Assembly (NCBI GenBank): GCA_017631275.1
Contig: JAGBTQ010000002.1
Coordinates: 3,680-67,679, forward strand
Direction of reading: 5' to 3'
Source of the DNA: Alistipes sp.
GTDB lineage: Bacteria; Bacteroidota; Bacteroidia; Bacteroidales; Rikenellaceae
DNA: 64,000 nucleotides
In this document: positions 1 to 8,939 of the stretch, in pieces
How the letters are laid out: the number at the start of each line of letters is the position of its first letter
Position numbering within the stretch: the stretch's first letter is position 1
Made by a program: the position numbers and the translations under genes
The notes under the pieces: model-generated
Database searches by the model: none
Seen by the model: only the letters and a program-made list of their open reading frames with translations
Told to the model about the DNA's origin: nothing

Positions 1-353
1 GTCTTGGGGTCTTCGAGCTGTTCGCATATAGCCACGCGCGCTCCTGCACGCACCAGCTTGGGCATGTAGGTGTCGAGAGCGTGGTAGGGAAATCCTGCAA
101 GCTCCACATACGAAGCAGCGCCATTGGCACGACGTGTTAGCGTGATGCCGAGTATGCTACTCGCCTTGATGGCATCCTCGCCAAAGGTCTCATAAAAATC
201 GCCAACACGGAAGAGTAGTATCGCGTCGGGGTGCACCGCCTTAATCTCGTAGTACTGCTTCATGAGGGGTGTTTCGACGTAGCGCTTCTCCTTATCTTGA
301 GGAGCTGCCTCCGTAGGCTGCTGCGTAATATTCTTTTTAGCTCTTGGGCACAT
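1..353 (-). CDS. mutS: DNA mismatch repair protein MutS, 5' part (runs off the window)
   Basis: Manual translation MCPRAKK...[35 protein letters not shown] matches the MutS domain I signature; absent from the ORF track because it is truncated. Confidence 0.93.
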   Translation of the reverse strand, partial: MCPRAKKNITQQPTEAAPQDKEKRYVETPLMKQYYEIKAVHPDAILLFRVGDFYETFGEDAIKASSILGITLTRRANGAASYVELAGFPYHALDTYMPKLVRAGARVAICEQLEDPK

Positions 354-412
354 AATCTTGTACGGGTGAAATATCCTACAAAGGTAGGATAAAAGTTTGA
401 AACATCAAAACG

Positions 413-1825
413 CTACTCAAAGAATCGCTCGTCGAAGTTGACAAGATAGACACGCTCCGTGGCTCGTGTTATGGCTGTGTAGAGCCAGCGTAGCATGTCG
501 CGCGACATCTCCTCGTCGCCAAATAGACACCTATCCACAAATACGGCACTCCACTGGCCACCCTGCGCCTTGTGGCACGTTACGGCATAGGCAAACTTCA
601 CCTGCATGGCATTGAAGTGCGGATTTTCGCGTATAGCTTTGTATCTCTTGCTCTTAGCGGTGATGTCGGCATAGTCCTTCTCCACCTCGATAAATAGCTG
701 GTTGCTCTGCTCGCGCGTTAGCGATGGCGACTCCGAGGTGAGGGTATCCATCAATATTTTTGCCTGCATCTCGTAGTCGTCATAATCGGGAAATTGCAGC
801 GTTGCGTCGATAAACCTAAAGCCGTAAAACTCCTCGAAACGGCGTATGCGCTTGAGGCGTGCCACATCGCCATTTGCCACAAACGACATCGGTGAATCCT
901 TGTCCTGCTCGGCGTAGAAGTAGTTGTTCTTAACAATCATGAGCATATCGCCACTCTCAATCTCCTCCTCGGCAGATAGGTTGTGGCGGCGTATGCCCTC
1001 GTTGTAGCGGTTGGCACGCTTGTTCGAGCGTGTTATGACTATCGTCTCGTCGCGTCCAAACCTGTCGTAGCAATCCTGCAACTCCTCCAGTAGCTCGCCT
1101 CCCTGCACCTGACGAAAGTCCTTGTAGCTTAGGTCGAAACGAGGTATTTTGTAGATGTTGTTCTCGAGCATGCACCTAAGCATAGTGGCATTAAACAGAA
1201 TGCCCGAGTCGTGTGACTGGCGCACCACCTCGTCCATCGTGCCATACTCAACGTCGCCATAGGGTAGTAGCTCTGAGGGTTGCAGTGCAGGGCTATAGTC
1301 GTCGCCCACGGGAGGTAGCTGAGCGTCGTCGCCCACGAGCATGAGCCTACATCGCTTGCCCTGGCGCACATACTGCACCAAATCATCGAGGAGGTTGCCT
1401 GAGCCAAACGAGCTATCTGGTGACGATGTTGAGAGCATCGACGCCTCATCGACAATAAACACGGCATCGTGCTCGCGGTTGTAGTCGAGCGCAAACTTCG
1501 ACTGGTAGTCGCTGATGCTCTTCTCGCGATATATCTTCTTATGTATGGTGTATGCCGTGAGCTTCGAGTAGCGCGTGAGCACCTTTGCCGCACGCCCCGT
1601 GGGTGCAAGCAATATGGGCTTTAGTCCCAGCTCCTTTAGTGCCGCTACGAAGGCTGCAATTATTGTTGTTTTGCCCGTTCCGGCATATCCGTTAAGTAGG
1701 AAAATACGGCTGTAATCGTCGTCTGAAAGCCACGCAGATAACTTTTCTATAATTTTTTTTTGGTTATTTGTTGCGTCAAACGATAATTTTGCGTAAATTT
1801 GGTCCGTAATATGGGTGTTAAGCAT
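413..1825 (-). CDS. RecD-like ATP-dependent helicase/nuclease (AAA_30 + UvrD C-terminal domain)
   Basis: Walker A GYAGTGKT, VDEASM, LVGDDAQLPPV, YAVTCHKAQG and LYTAITRA SF1 helicase motifs. Confidence 0.9.
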   Translation of the reverse strand: MLNTHITDQIYAKLSFDATNNQKKIIEKLSAWLSDDDYSRIFLLNGYAGTGKTTIIAAFVAALKELGLKPILLAPTGRAAKVLTRYSKLTAYTIHKKIYREKSISDYQSKFALDYNREHDAVFIVDEASMLSTSSPDSSFGSGNLLDDLVQYVRQGKRCRLMLVGDDAQLPPVGDDYSPALQPSELLPYGDVEYGTMDEVVRQSHDSGILFNATMLRCMLENNIYKIPRFDLSYKDFRQVQGGELLEELQDCYDRFGRDETIVITRSNKRANRYNEGIRRHNLSAEEEIESGDMLMIVKNNYFYAEQDKDSPMSFVANGDVARLKRIRRFEEFYGFRFIDATLQFPDYDDYEMQAKILMDTLTSESPSLTREQSNQLFIEVEKDYADITAKSKRYKAIRENPHFNAMQVKFAYAVTCHKAQGGQWSAVFVDRCLFGDEEMSRDMLRWLYTAITRATERVYLVNFDERFFE

Positions 1826-1884
1826 AGCAACCCCTGTTTTTAATTGTTAAACGACGATACAAACTTAATAACAAATAATTAAAA

Positions 1885-2697
1885 ATGAAAAAGGTAATTC
1901 AACTTTTATTGCTTGTAGTTATCGGCCTACTTGTTTATTGGATCTATGCACAGATCGACACAAACGTGAAGGCTGAGGATCAGATTAAGGAGCGCGAGGG
2001 CGTTGTTATCGAGAAGGCAAAGGTCATTCGTGAGCTCGTTCAGGCCTATAAGGACTCTTCTAAGGATAAGAAGTTCACAACAAACTGGGACACTATCATC
2101 GAGTTTGCGAAGAATGGCGTTATCGTGGAGAAGAGCGAGATCTATGATGAGAACAACCTCGACAACCGCGCTAAGCTCGACTCTATTCGCAAGGTGAACA
2201 AACTTTGGAAGAACGAGAAGATTGTAGAGACTCCTGTGCGTGAGAAGATTCTTAAGCACGCTGGTTACAAGACTGACGAGGAGATCGAGAACCTTCGTTA
2301 TATCCCATTCTCTAACAATAAGGAGTTCCAGCTCGACACTGTTACCTACGTGATGGGTACCTACAAGTCGCACCTCTTGCGCTGCCACGCTCCTTATGTT
2401 CACTTCATCAACACTAAGGAGTACAACCAGCAGTTCTGGAACATGCTCGAGTCTAAGTTCGAGTACTTCATCGCTAACTCTGAGGCAAGCGACCAGATGA
2501 AGAAGATGAAGGCTGACGGCTTGAAGCAGGCAATCCAGAAGGTTGAGGATAAGGAGAACCCTTCAAAGAAGGTTGCTAAGTATTTCATCGGTAGCGTAGT
2601 GCCTATCCCAATGGATATCGAGTTCTTTGGTGTTACCTTCGGTAGCCTCGAGGAGAACTCTGATAAGGGTAGCTGGGAGGATGGCCGCTTGGAGTAA
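1885..2697 (+). CDS. Hypothetical protein with N-terminal membrane anchor
   Basis: 270-aa ORF with a hydrophobic N-terminus and strong codon bias; first gene of an overlapping three-gene operon. Confidence 0.8.
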   Translation: MKKVIQLLLLVVIGLLVYWIYAQIDTNVKAEDQIKEREGVVIEKAKVIRELVQAYKDSSKDKKFTTNWDTIIEFAKNGVIVEKSEIYDENNLDNRAKLDSIRKVNKLWKNEKIVETPVREKILKHAGYKTDEEIENLRYIPFSNNKEFQLDTVTYVMGTYKSHLLRCHAPYVHFINTKEYNQQFWNMLESKFEYFIANSEASDQMKKMKADGLKQAIQKVEDKENPSKKVAKYFIGSVVPIPMDIEFFGVTFGSLEENSDKGSWEDGRLE

Positions 2698-3287
2698 TGA
2701 GCGCTATTAAGCATAATACAACAAAGGTGTCCATTCGTCTTATGTCGGGTGGACACTCTTTTTCGCCTGCCCAGGTAGAGTGTATGGCGAAGGAGGGTAG
2801 TGCCCTTACGGCTGAGCTAATCACCGCAAAGATTACCCTTGTGCCCGAGGTTATGTTCGACCTCGAGCGCATTGTCGAGTATCTGGCATTTGTGGGCATA
2901 GCACCTGCACACGACGAGGTGGCTGTATATAGCCCCGCTGTCGATGATAAGGTTGCTGTGATGGCTATGGCTAAGTCGTGCTACGAAAAGCTTGTGGCTG
3001 AGTTCGGCAAAAATATCACATTTAGCTCACCCCTTATCCAGGGTCACGCCCCCAAACAGGGTGCTCTTGTCGATCTTGTGGAGGATGTACTGTACGTTCG
3101 CATCTTCAACGGTGGCATGCTCTTTGGCGAGGCTATGAGGGTGGAAAATGATGCCGACATACTCTTTTTCTTCGAGCAGATAAACAAGGTTTACAATATA
3201 TATAATATGCACGTGCGTGCGCGAGGCGACAAAGAGCGCCTTGCCAAGCTCACCAAACACCTCTTCACGAATATAGAATGCGAATAA
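2697..3287 (+). CDS. DUF3822-like hypothetical protein
   Basis: Overlaps both neighbours; family suggested mainly by the position upstream of rsmD seen in Bacteroidota. Confidence 0.5.
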   Translation: MSAIKHNTTKVSIRLMSGGHSFSPAQVECMAKEGSALTAELITAKITLVPEVMFDLERIVEYLAFVGIAPAHDEVAVYSPAVDDKVAVMAMAKSCYEKLVAEFGKNITFSSPLIQGHAPKQGALVDLVEDVLYVRIFNGGMLFGEAMRVENDADILFFFEQINKVYNIYNMHVRARGDKERLAKLTKHLFTNIECE

Positions 3288-3811
3288 TTAGTGGTAAATA
3301 TCGTGGTCGCACAATCAACCCACCACGCAACCTTAGAGCGCGTCCAACAACCGACTTCGCTAAGGAGAACCTCTTCAATGTGCTGGTAAACCTCGTTGAC
3401 TTTGAGGAGCTCGACGTTCTCGACCTATTCTCGGGAACAGGCTCTATAAGCTACGAGTTTGCATCGCGTGGTGCACGTAGTGTCACGTCGGTGGAGGTAA
3501 ATAGCGTTCACCACAACTTCATTCGCCAGACGGCGCGCGAGCTTAAGTTCGAGAACTTCTATGCCGTGAAGGCTAATGCCTTCCTCTATTTGAAGAGTTG
3601 CACAAAGAAATTCGACCTTATCTTCTCTGATGCACCCTACGACTTAGAGGGTAGCGAGGAGATCATATCGCTTGTTTTTGAGCACAACATCTTGGCAGAC
3701 GACGGAATTTTTATTTTTGAGCACTCAAAGGATCAAGATTTCTCTGAGCACGAAAAGTTCTGGCAACTAAGAAGTTACGGTAGTGTGCAGTTTTCGTTTT
3801 TCAAAAAATGA
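3278..3811 (+). CDS. rsmD: 16S rRNA m2G966 methyltransferase RsmD family
   Basis: MRIISGKYRGR...RPTTDFAKENLFN, LDLFSGTGSI and FSDAPY motifs. Confidence 0.93.
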   Translation: MRIISGKYRGRTINPPRNLRARPTTDFAKENLFNVLVNLVDFEELDVLDLFSGTGSISYEFASRGARSVTSVEVNSVHHNFIRQTARELKFENFYAVKANAFLYLKSCTKKFDLIFSDAPYDLEGSEEIISLVFEHNILADDGIFIFEHSKDQDFSEHEKFWQLRSYGSVQFSFFKK

Positions 3812-3912
3812 TAATTTTTTCGAAAAAAAGTTATCAAAAAATTTGCAGATATAAAAAATTGTAGTACCTTTGCATCGCAATCAAGAAATAAAGGGTTGCA
3901 AGTTCTTAAAAT

Positions 3913-3989
3913 GGTGCGTTAGTTCAGCTGGTTAGAATACGTGCCTGTCACGCACGGGGTCAGGGGTTCGAGTCCCCTACGCACCGCCA
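3913..3989 (+). tRNA. tRNA-Asp (GTC)
   Basis: Cloverleaf: acceptor GGTGCGT/ACGCACC, anticodon arm CGTGC-CTGTCAC-GCACG, TTCGAGT T-loop, encoded CCA. Confidence 0.97.
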
Positions 3990-4694
3990 GAAACGGATAA
4001 CTTTCGAGTTGTCCGTTTTTTTTGTTTTGTGCTTAAGGCGAAAATTTGTGTGTTGATTGCATCAACGTTGTGTGGCTATAGCGTTAGGCTATGCGTGCAA
4101 GCCCGCAGCCTATCGCCATATCCCCACCTCGCTAAAGCGATTGACACAAATTTTCTTTATAACCTCGCCCTCTGTCGCTGTGTAGCGGCACTCTCAAGTA
4201 TAGGGGTTGAGCCGATATTAGCATGGTTTATTGCTCGACACTTTGTGTCTGCGCTTTTTTCTATAATGTATCGGCTCTATGGCTTCGCCATTCGAGTCCC
4301 CTACGCACCGCCAGAAACGGATAACTTTCGAGTTGTCCGTTTTTTTTGTTTTGTGTTTAAGTCGAAAATTTGTGTGTTGATTGCATCAACGTTGTGTGGC
4401 TATGACGTTAGGCTATGCGTGCAAGCCCGCAGCCTATCGCCATATCCCCACCTCGCTAAAGCGATTGACACAAATTTTCTTCACAACCTCGCCCTCTGTC
4501 GCTGTGTAGCGGCACTCTCAAGTAGAGGGGTTGAGCCGATATGAGAATGGCTTATTGCTCGACACTTTGTGTCTGCGCTTTTTTTAAGGTATCGGCTCTA
4601 TGGCGATAGCCATTGAGCAAATATTTTAGTTTATTGCTCGGCTTTGCCTGCGCTCTATGGTATTTGCTCTATGACTATCGCCATTCGAGTCCCC
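3967..4694 (+). repeat. Tandem repeat with a 324-bp period beginning with the tRNA-Asp 3' end (two copies plus a degenerate third junction)
   Basis: TTCGAGTCCCCTACGCACCGCCAGAAACGG... starts at 3967 and 4291; TTCGAGTCCCC recurs at 4684. Confidence 0.95.
3991..4023 (+). terminator. Intrinsic terminator after tRNA-Asp (duplicated at about 4315-4347)
   Basis: AAACGGATAAC-tttcga-GTTGTCCGTTT hairpin followed by a T tract. Confidence 0.8.
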
Positions 4695-4798
4695 ATATAA
4701 TATTCTTCCCCATCTTTCCTAATAATATTCTCACTAAAACATGCGTTTATTTCGTGAAATACGTTATCTTTGCACTAAACGATTAAAACCTACAAACT

Positions 4799-4951
4799 AT
4801 GTCACTACTACGTGTGTTGCTCGCAATCTTCTTTCCGCCCTTGGCAGTCGTCGATCAGGGTTGTGGCTCGGTGCTTATAGTCTTTTTGCTTACGCTATGT
4901 GGCTGGGTGCCTGGTGTCATTGGAGCTCTTGTAATACTTAATAGATTGTAG
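4799..4951 (+). CDS. YqaE/Pmp3 family small membrane protein (50 aa, missed by the ORF track)
   Basis: MSLLRVLLAIFFPPLAVVDQGCGSVLIVFLLTLCGWVPGVIGALVILNRL has the PPLAV and GWxPG motifs; TATCTTTG promoter upstream. Confidence 0.9.
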   Translation: MSLLRVLLAIFFPPLAVVDQGCGSVLIVFLLTLCGWVPGVIGALVILNRL

Positions 4952-5110
4952 AGATATAATATCATGTTGGGGCAGATGTCGCTGAGTGTGTGGCATCTGC
5001 CCCTTTTTTATTGGTTTGTCTTATGACCATATAAATATATATGATTGAATATATTTTGCTACGTCTAACTTTTGCAATATCTTTGCACTAAACAATAAAA
5101 ACGAAAGATT

Positions 5111-5923
5111 ATGAAGTTCAAAGATAGATTAGTTTTGATTACAGGTGGCACATCGGGCATTGGTCGTATAATGGCTCGCATGGCCTTTGAGCGTGGTGCT
5201 CGCAAGGTGGTAGTATGGGGTACGTCGCAGCATAAGATTGACGACACCGTGGCAGAGTTTAGTGCCAAGGGCTACGACATCGCTGGCTACTCGGTAGATG
5301 TGTCGGATGCTAAGGCTGTGGAGATAGCGGCAATAAACCTAAGGGCAACGCACGGCGAGGTCGATATCTTGATAAATAATGCGGGCGTGGTGACCTCAAA
5401 CCGCACGTTCGATGGCTACTCCGTTGAGGAGATTGACCGTACGATGGATATCAACTCCAAGGCACCGATGTATGTTGCTTTGCAGCTCTTGCCCCAGATG
5501 GTTAAGCGTAACTCGGGACACATCTGCAACATTGCCTCGGCGGCGGGCATGATTGCCAACCCTCGCATGTCGGTATATGTGGCAAGCAAGTGGGCGGTGA
5601 TAGGGTGGTCGGAGTCGATGCGTATAGAGCTTAAGCAGCAGCGTAGCGATGTGCATATTACGACCGTAGCTCCCTACTACATAAACACAGGCATGTTCGA
5701 TGGCGTGAAGTCGCCCATTCTGCCTATCCTCGAGCCGGAGGCTACGGCGCGCACAATAATACGTGCCATAGAGCGCAACAAGGACTTTAAGGGCATACCT
5801 CTTGGCTTCCATCTTATACGTTTAGCACAAGGTTTGCTCCCTACATCGTGGTTCGAGTTTATCTTTGGCCGTTGCTTCGGCATATTCTCGACAATGGATA
5901 ACTTCACGGGCCGTAAAAAATAG
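5111..5923 (+). CDS. Short-chain dehydrogenase/reductase
   Basis: TGGTSGIG, NNAG and YVASK (YxxxK) motifs. Confidence 0.93.
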   Translation: MKFKDRLVLITGGTSGIGRIMARMAFERGARKVVVWGTSQHKIDDTVAEFSAKGYDIAGYSVDVSDAKAVEIAAINLRATHGEVDILINNAGVVTSNRTFDGYSVEEIDRTMDINSKAPMYVALQLLPQMVKRNSGHICNIASAAGMIANPRMSVYVASKWAVIGWSESMRIELKQQRSDVHITTVAPYYINTGMFDGVKSPILPILEPEATARTIIRAIERNKDFKGIPLGFHLIRLAQGLLPTSWFEFIFGRCFGIFSTMDNFTGRKK

Positions 5924-5931
5924 TAGTAACT

Positions 5932-7311
5932 ATGATAACACCTACACGCATAGAGGATATAGCTCCTCTTGTTGCCATGCAGCGCAACTATTTCCGTAGC
6001 CATGCCACGCTCTCGCTCGACTTCCGTCGCGAGATGCTCCAGCGCCTTAAGACCAACATCCTACGCTTCGAGAAGGAGCTATGCGATGCTCTCTACCTCG
6101 ACCTTCACAAGTCGTACGAGGAGGCATACATGACAGAGATAAGCATCGTTCTTGGCGAGATAGACAACTTTTTGGAGAACCTACGTCGCTGGGCAGCACC
6201 CTCAAAAAAGAGTACACCGCTGAAGATGTTTCCTTCGCGCAGCATGATTCTTACAGAGCCCCTTGGTGTGGCACTAATCATGTCGCCATGGAACTATCCC
6301 GTGCAGCTTGTGCTTAACCCCTTGGTGGGCGCTATTGCTGCGGGCTGCACAGCTGTTGTCAAGCCCTCGCCCTATGTTGAGCATGTTGCAGAGGTGTTGG
6401 AAAGGCTCATATACGAGACCTTCGACAAGGAGTATATCACCGTGGTGCAGGGACATCGTGACGTAAATACGGAGCTTCTCAAGCAGCGCTACGACATAAT
6501 CTTCTTCACTGGCTCGCCCGACCTCGGACGTGTCGTTATGCGTGCTGCGGCGGAGAATGCTACGCCCGTAATCCTTGAGCTTGGTGGCAAGTGCCCGGTG
6601 ATTGTGGATCGTAGTGCAGATGTGCGCCTTGCAGCTAAGCGTGTGGCATGGGGCAAGACGCTAAATGCTGGTCAGACCTGCATAGCACCTGACTATGTGC
6701 TTATTCATGAGGATGTTAAGGCGGAGTTTGTCGAGGAGTTTAGGCGTGCCCTTGTAGAGCTTCATGGCGAGGATGCGCAGCTCAGTAAGCACTATGTGCG
6801 CATGGTGTCGGACAAGGCCTTCGAGCGTGTTAGTGGCTACCTTGCCGAGGGCAGGGTACTTGTGGGTGGCAGGGTAGATGCCTCGGATAGATATATAGAG
6901 CCTACGCTCCTCGACAACGTGTCGCTTGACAGCGCTGTTATGACCACCGAGATATTTGGCCCTGTGCTCCCTGTGCTAACCATCAAGAGCATCGACGAGG
7001 CGATAGCCTTTGTGAACGATAGAGAGAAGCCCTTGGCTCTGTATGTCTTTGCTGATGAGGGTGTTGGACGCAAGGTGTTGCACCACACCTCGTCGGGTGG
7101 CGCTTGCATAAACGATGTTATCATGCACATCGCCAACGAGCACCTGCCATTTGGTGGCGTGGGCAACTCGGGCATGGGGCGCTATCATGGTCGTGATAGC
7201 CTCTACTCTTTCTCGCACCGTAGGTCGGTGGTTGTCACCCCAACGTGGATAGATCTGCCGTTTAGGTATATGCCGTATAGGCTGTTTAAGTGGGTTAAGA
7301 GGTTGATGTAG
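5932..7311 (+). CDS. Aldehyde dehydrogenase (ALDH3-like)
   Basis: PWNYP, FTGS, LELGGK, NAGQTC, EIFGP and PFGGVGNSGMG motifs. Confidence 0.95.
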   Translation: MITPTRIEDIAPLVAMQRNYFRSHATLSLDFRREMLQRLKTNILRFEKELCDALYLDLHKSYEEAYMTEISIVLGEIDNFLENLRRWAAPSKKSTPLKMFPSRSMILTEPLGVALIMSPWNYPVQLVLNPLVGAIAAGCTAVVKPSPYVEHVAEVLERLIYETFDKEYITVVQGHRDVNTELLKQRYDIIFFTGSPDLGRVVMRAAAENATPVILELGGKCPVIVDRSADVRLAAKRVAWGKTLNAGQTCIAPDYVLIHEDVKAEFVEEFRRALVELHGEDAQLSKHYVRMVSDKAFERVSGYLAEGRVLVGGRVDASDRYIEPTLLDNVSLDSAVMTTEIFGPVLPVLTIKSIDEAIAFVNDREKPLALYVFADEGVGRKVLHHTSSGGACINDVIMHIANEHLPFGGVGNSGMGRYHGRDSLYSFSHRRSVVVTPTWIDLPFRYMPYRLFKWVKRLM

Positions 7312-7390
7312 AGTGATATGGGGCTGTTCTGACTTTGTCGGGGCAGCCCTTTTTTATGATGGTGAGATTGAGTAATTTGGTCGGGTTGGG

Positions 7391-7459
7391 CAAGATTGGC
7401 TACTTTGGTTGGGACAAGATTGGCTACTTTGGGGTGCGGGATGACAAGATTGGCTACTT
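7391..7459. repeat. Three direct copies of CAAGATTGGCTACTT; the last overlaps a duplicate of the tRNA-Pro 3' end
   Basis: Copies at 7391, 7415 and 7445; CGGGATGACAAGATT at 7437-7451 equals 7658-7672. Confidence 0.9.
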
Positions 7460-7656
7460 CGCAGCCGGAGGCTGCTTCGCTTAACACCCATCTTGGACGG
7501 GCCCTTAATGGGATGCACAAAGCTAAGTAAAAAGAGGCACAGCCGACAAATCAGCTCTTTTTGTTTGCTATGGCACCCATGATGCAAGCATCGTGTGCCA
7601 TAGCAAATGAAAAGACCCCAATCTTTCGATTGAGGTCCTCTTCTTACTCAGCTTTG

Positions 7657-7731
7657 TCGGGATGACAAGATTCGAACTTGCGACCACACGCCCCCCAGAC
7701 GTGTACTCTAACCGGGCTGAGCTACATCCCG
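7657..7731 (-). tRNA. tRNA-Pro (GGG)
   Basis: Reverse complement CGGGATGTAGCTCAGCCCGGTTAGAGTACACGTCTGGGGGGCGTGTGGTCGCAAGTTCGAATCTTGTCATCCCGA folds as a cloverleaf; CCA not encoded. Confidence 0.96.
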
Positions 7732-7812
7732 TTCCAAATTTGCGGTGCAAAGATAGTAATATTTTTCGGATTACCGCAAATTAAATTCCAAAAAAAAATG
7801 TACCTTTGCCTT

Positions 7813-8934
7813 ATGAATACCATGACAAAGATATTGCTATACATACTAACCATTTGTGGGTGTGTGGGTTGCGTGGCGAGAGGCGGTGCCGATAACAGCC
7901 GTTTTAGCCTCGAAAGCTACACGCCAAAGCACGCTTCGGGCTTTGCCATATATGCCGATGCTGAGGGCAACAAACTCCTTAGTGTGACACGTCCGTGGCA
8001 GGGCGAAAATGTCGAGGAGCAGACGCTGGCAATATTTGCCAACGAGCAAGCGGCAGAGGGCTACACTGGCGAGCATATTGTAGGTCGTGCCGAGAGGATT
8101 GTGTGCATGTCGTCGAGCCATGTGGCAATGCTTGCCGAGCTTGGCATGAGCAGTGCTGTGGCTGGCGTGTCGGGCAGGCAATATATTATGAATGAGGCGG
8201 TTAGAGCCAATAATAAGGTTTTTGATGTGGGATATGACAACAACCTCGACTTTGAGGCGATGTTGCTCAACGATGTCGATCTTGTGGTGTTGTATGGCAT
8301 TCAGTCGGAGAACCGTGCCGTGACGACCAAGCTCCGCGACATGAAGATTCCATATATCTACTTTGGCGATTACTGCGAGCAGTCGCCACTGGGCAAGGCC
8401 GAGTGGATTGTGGCAATGGCCGAGGTGGTGGGTGCTCGTGGCGAGGCTGAGAGCCTCTTTGCTGGTATCGAGGAGCGCTATAATGCTGTGCGAGATAGTG
8501 TTGTCTATCATGCGGTGCGCCCCAAGGTGATGTTTAACCTGCCTTACCAAGATGTGTGGTATATGCCCTCGAATAGTAGCTACATGGTGCGCCTTGTGCA
8601 TGATGCGGGTGGCGACTATATCTTTGATAATGAGTCGAGTAGCTCGGTGGGCATAAGCCTTGAGGAGGCTGTGGAGCTCGTGTCAAAGACAGATATATGG
8701 CTCAACCCTGGTCAGTGCACATCGCTCGACGAGCTACGTGCCACAGCGCCGATATTTGCGAGCATGGCGGTGGTTGAGCGTGGCGATGTCTATAACAACA
8801 ACCGCAGACGCGGTGAGGGTGGCGGCAGCGACTTCTGGGAGTCGGCAATAGTGCGCCCCGATGTGGTGCTTAGTGACCTTGTTGAGATTATGCAGCATGG
8901 TGACACAATGTACTATCACCAGCGACTTAAATAG
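7813..8934 (+). CDS. ABC transporter substrate-binding protein, cobalamin/iron-complex (BtuF-like)
   Basis: RIVCMSSSH, EQSPLGKAEW and FWESAIVRPD motifs; start moved to ATG 7813 because the listed ORF start lies inside the tRNA. Confidence 0.85.
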   Translation: MNTMTKILLYILTICGCVGCVARGGADNSRFSLESYTPKHASGFAIYADAEGNKLLSVTRPWQGENVEEQTLAIFANEQAAEGYTGEHIVGRAERIVCMSSSHVAMLAELGMSSAVAGVSGRQYIMNEAVRANNKVFDVGYDNNLDFEAMLLNDVDLVVLYGIQSENRAVTTKLRDMKIPYIYFGDYCEQSPLGKAEWIVAMAEVVGARGEAESLFAGIEERYNAVRDSVVYHAVRPKVMFNLPYQDVWYMPSNSSYMVRLVHDAGGDYIFDNESSSSVGISLEEAVELVSKTDIWLNPGQCTSLDELRATAPIFASMAVVERGDVYNNNRRRGEGGGSDFWESAIVRPDVVLSDLVEIMQHGDTMYYHQRLK

Positions 8935-8939
8935 TTAAT

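Noticed and set aside
4029-4544. 171-aa ORF with an internal repeat
   Set aside because: It is a by-product of the 324-bp (multiple of 3) tandem repeat and reads through a tRNA end and a terminator; it has no protein-like features
7391-7459. Possible mini-CRISPR array
   Set aside because: Repeats are 15 bp with 9- and 15-nt gaps, they derive partly from the tRNA end, and no cas genes are present
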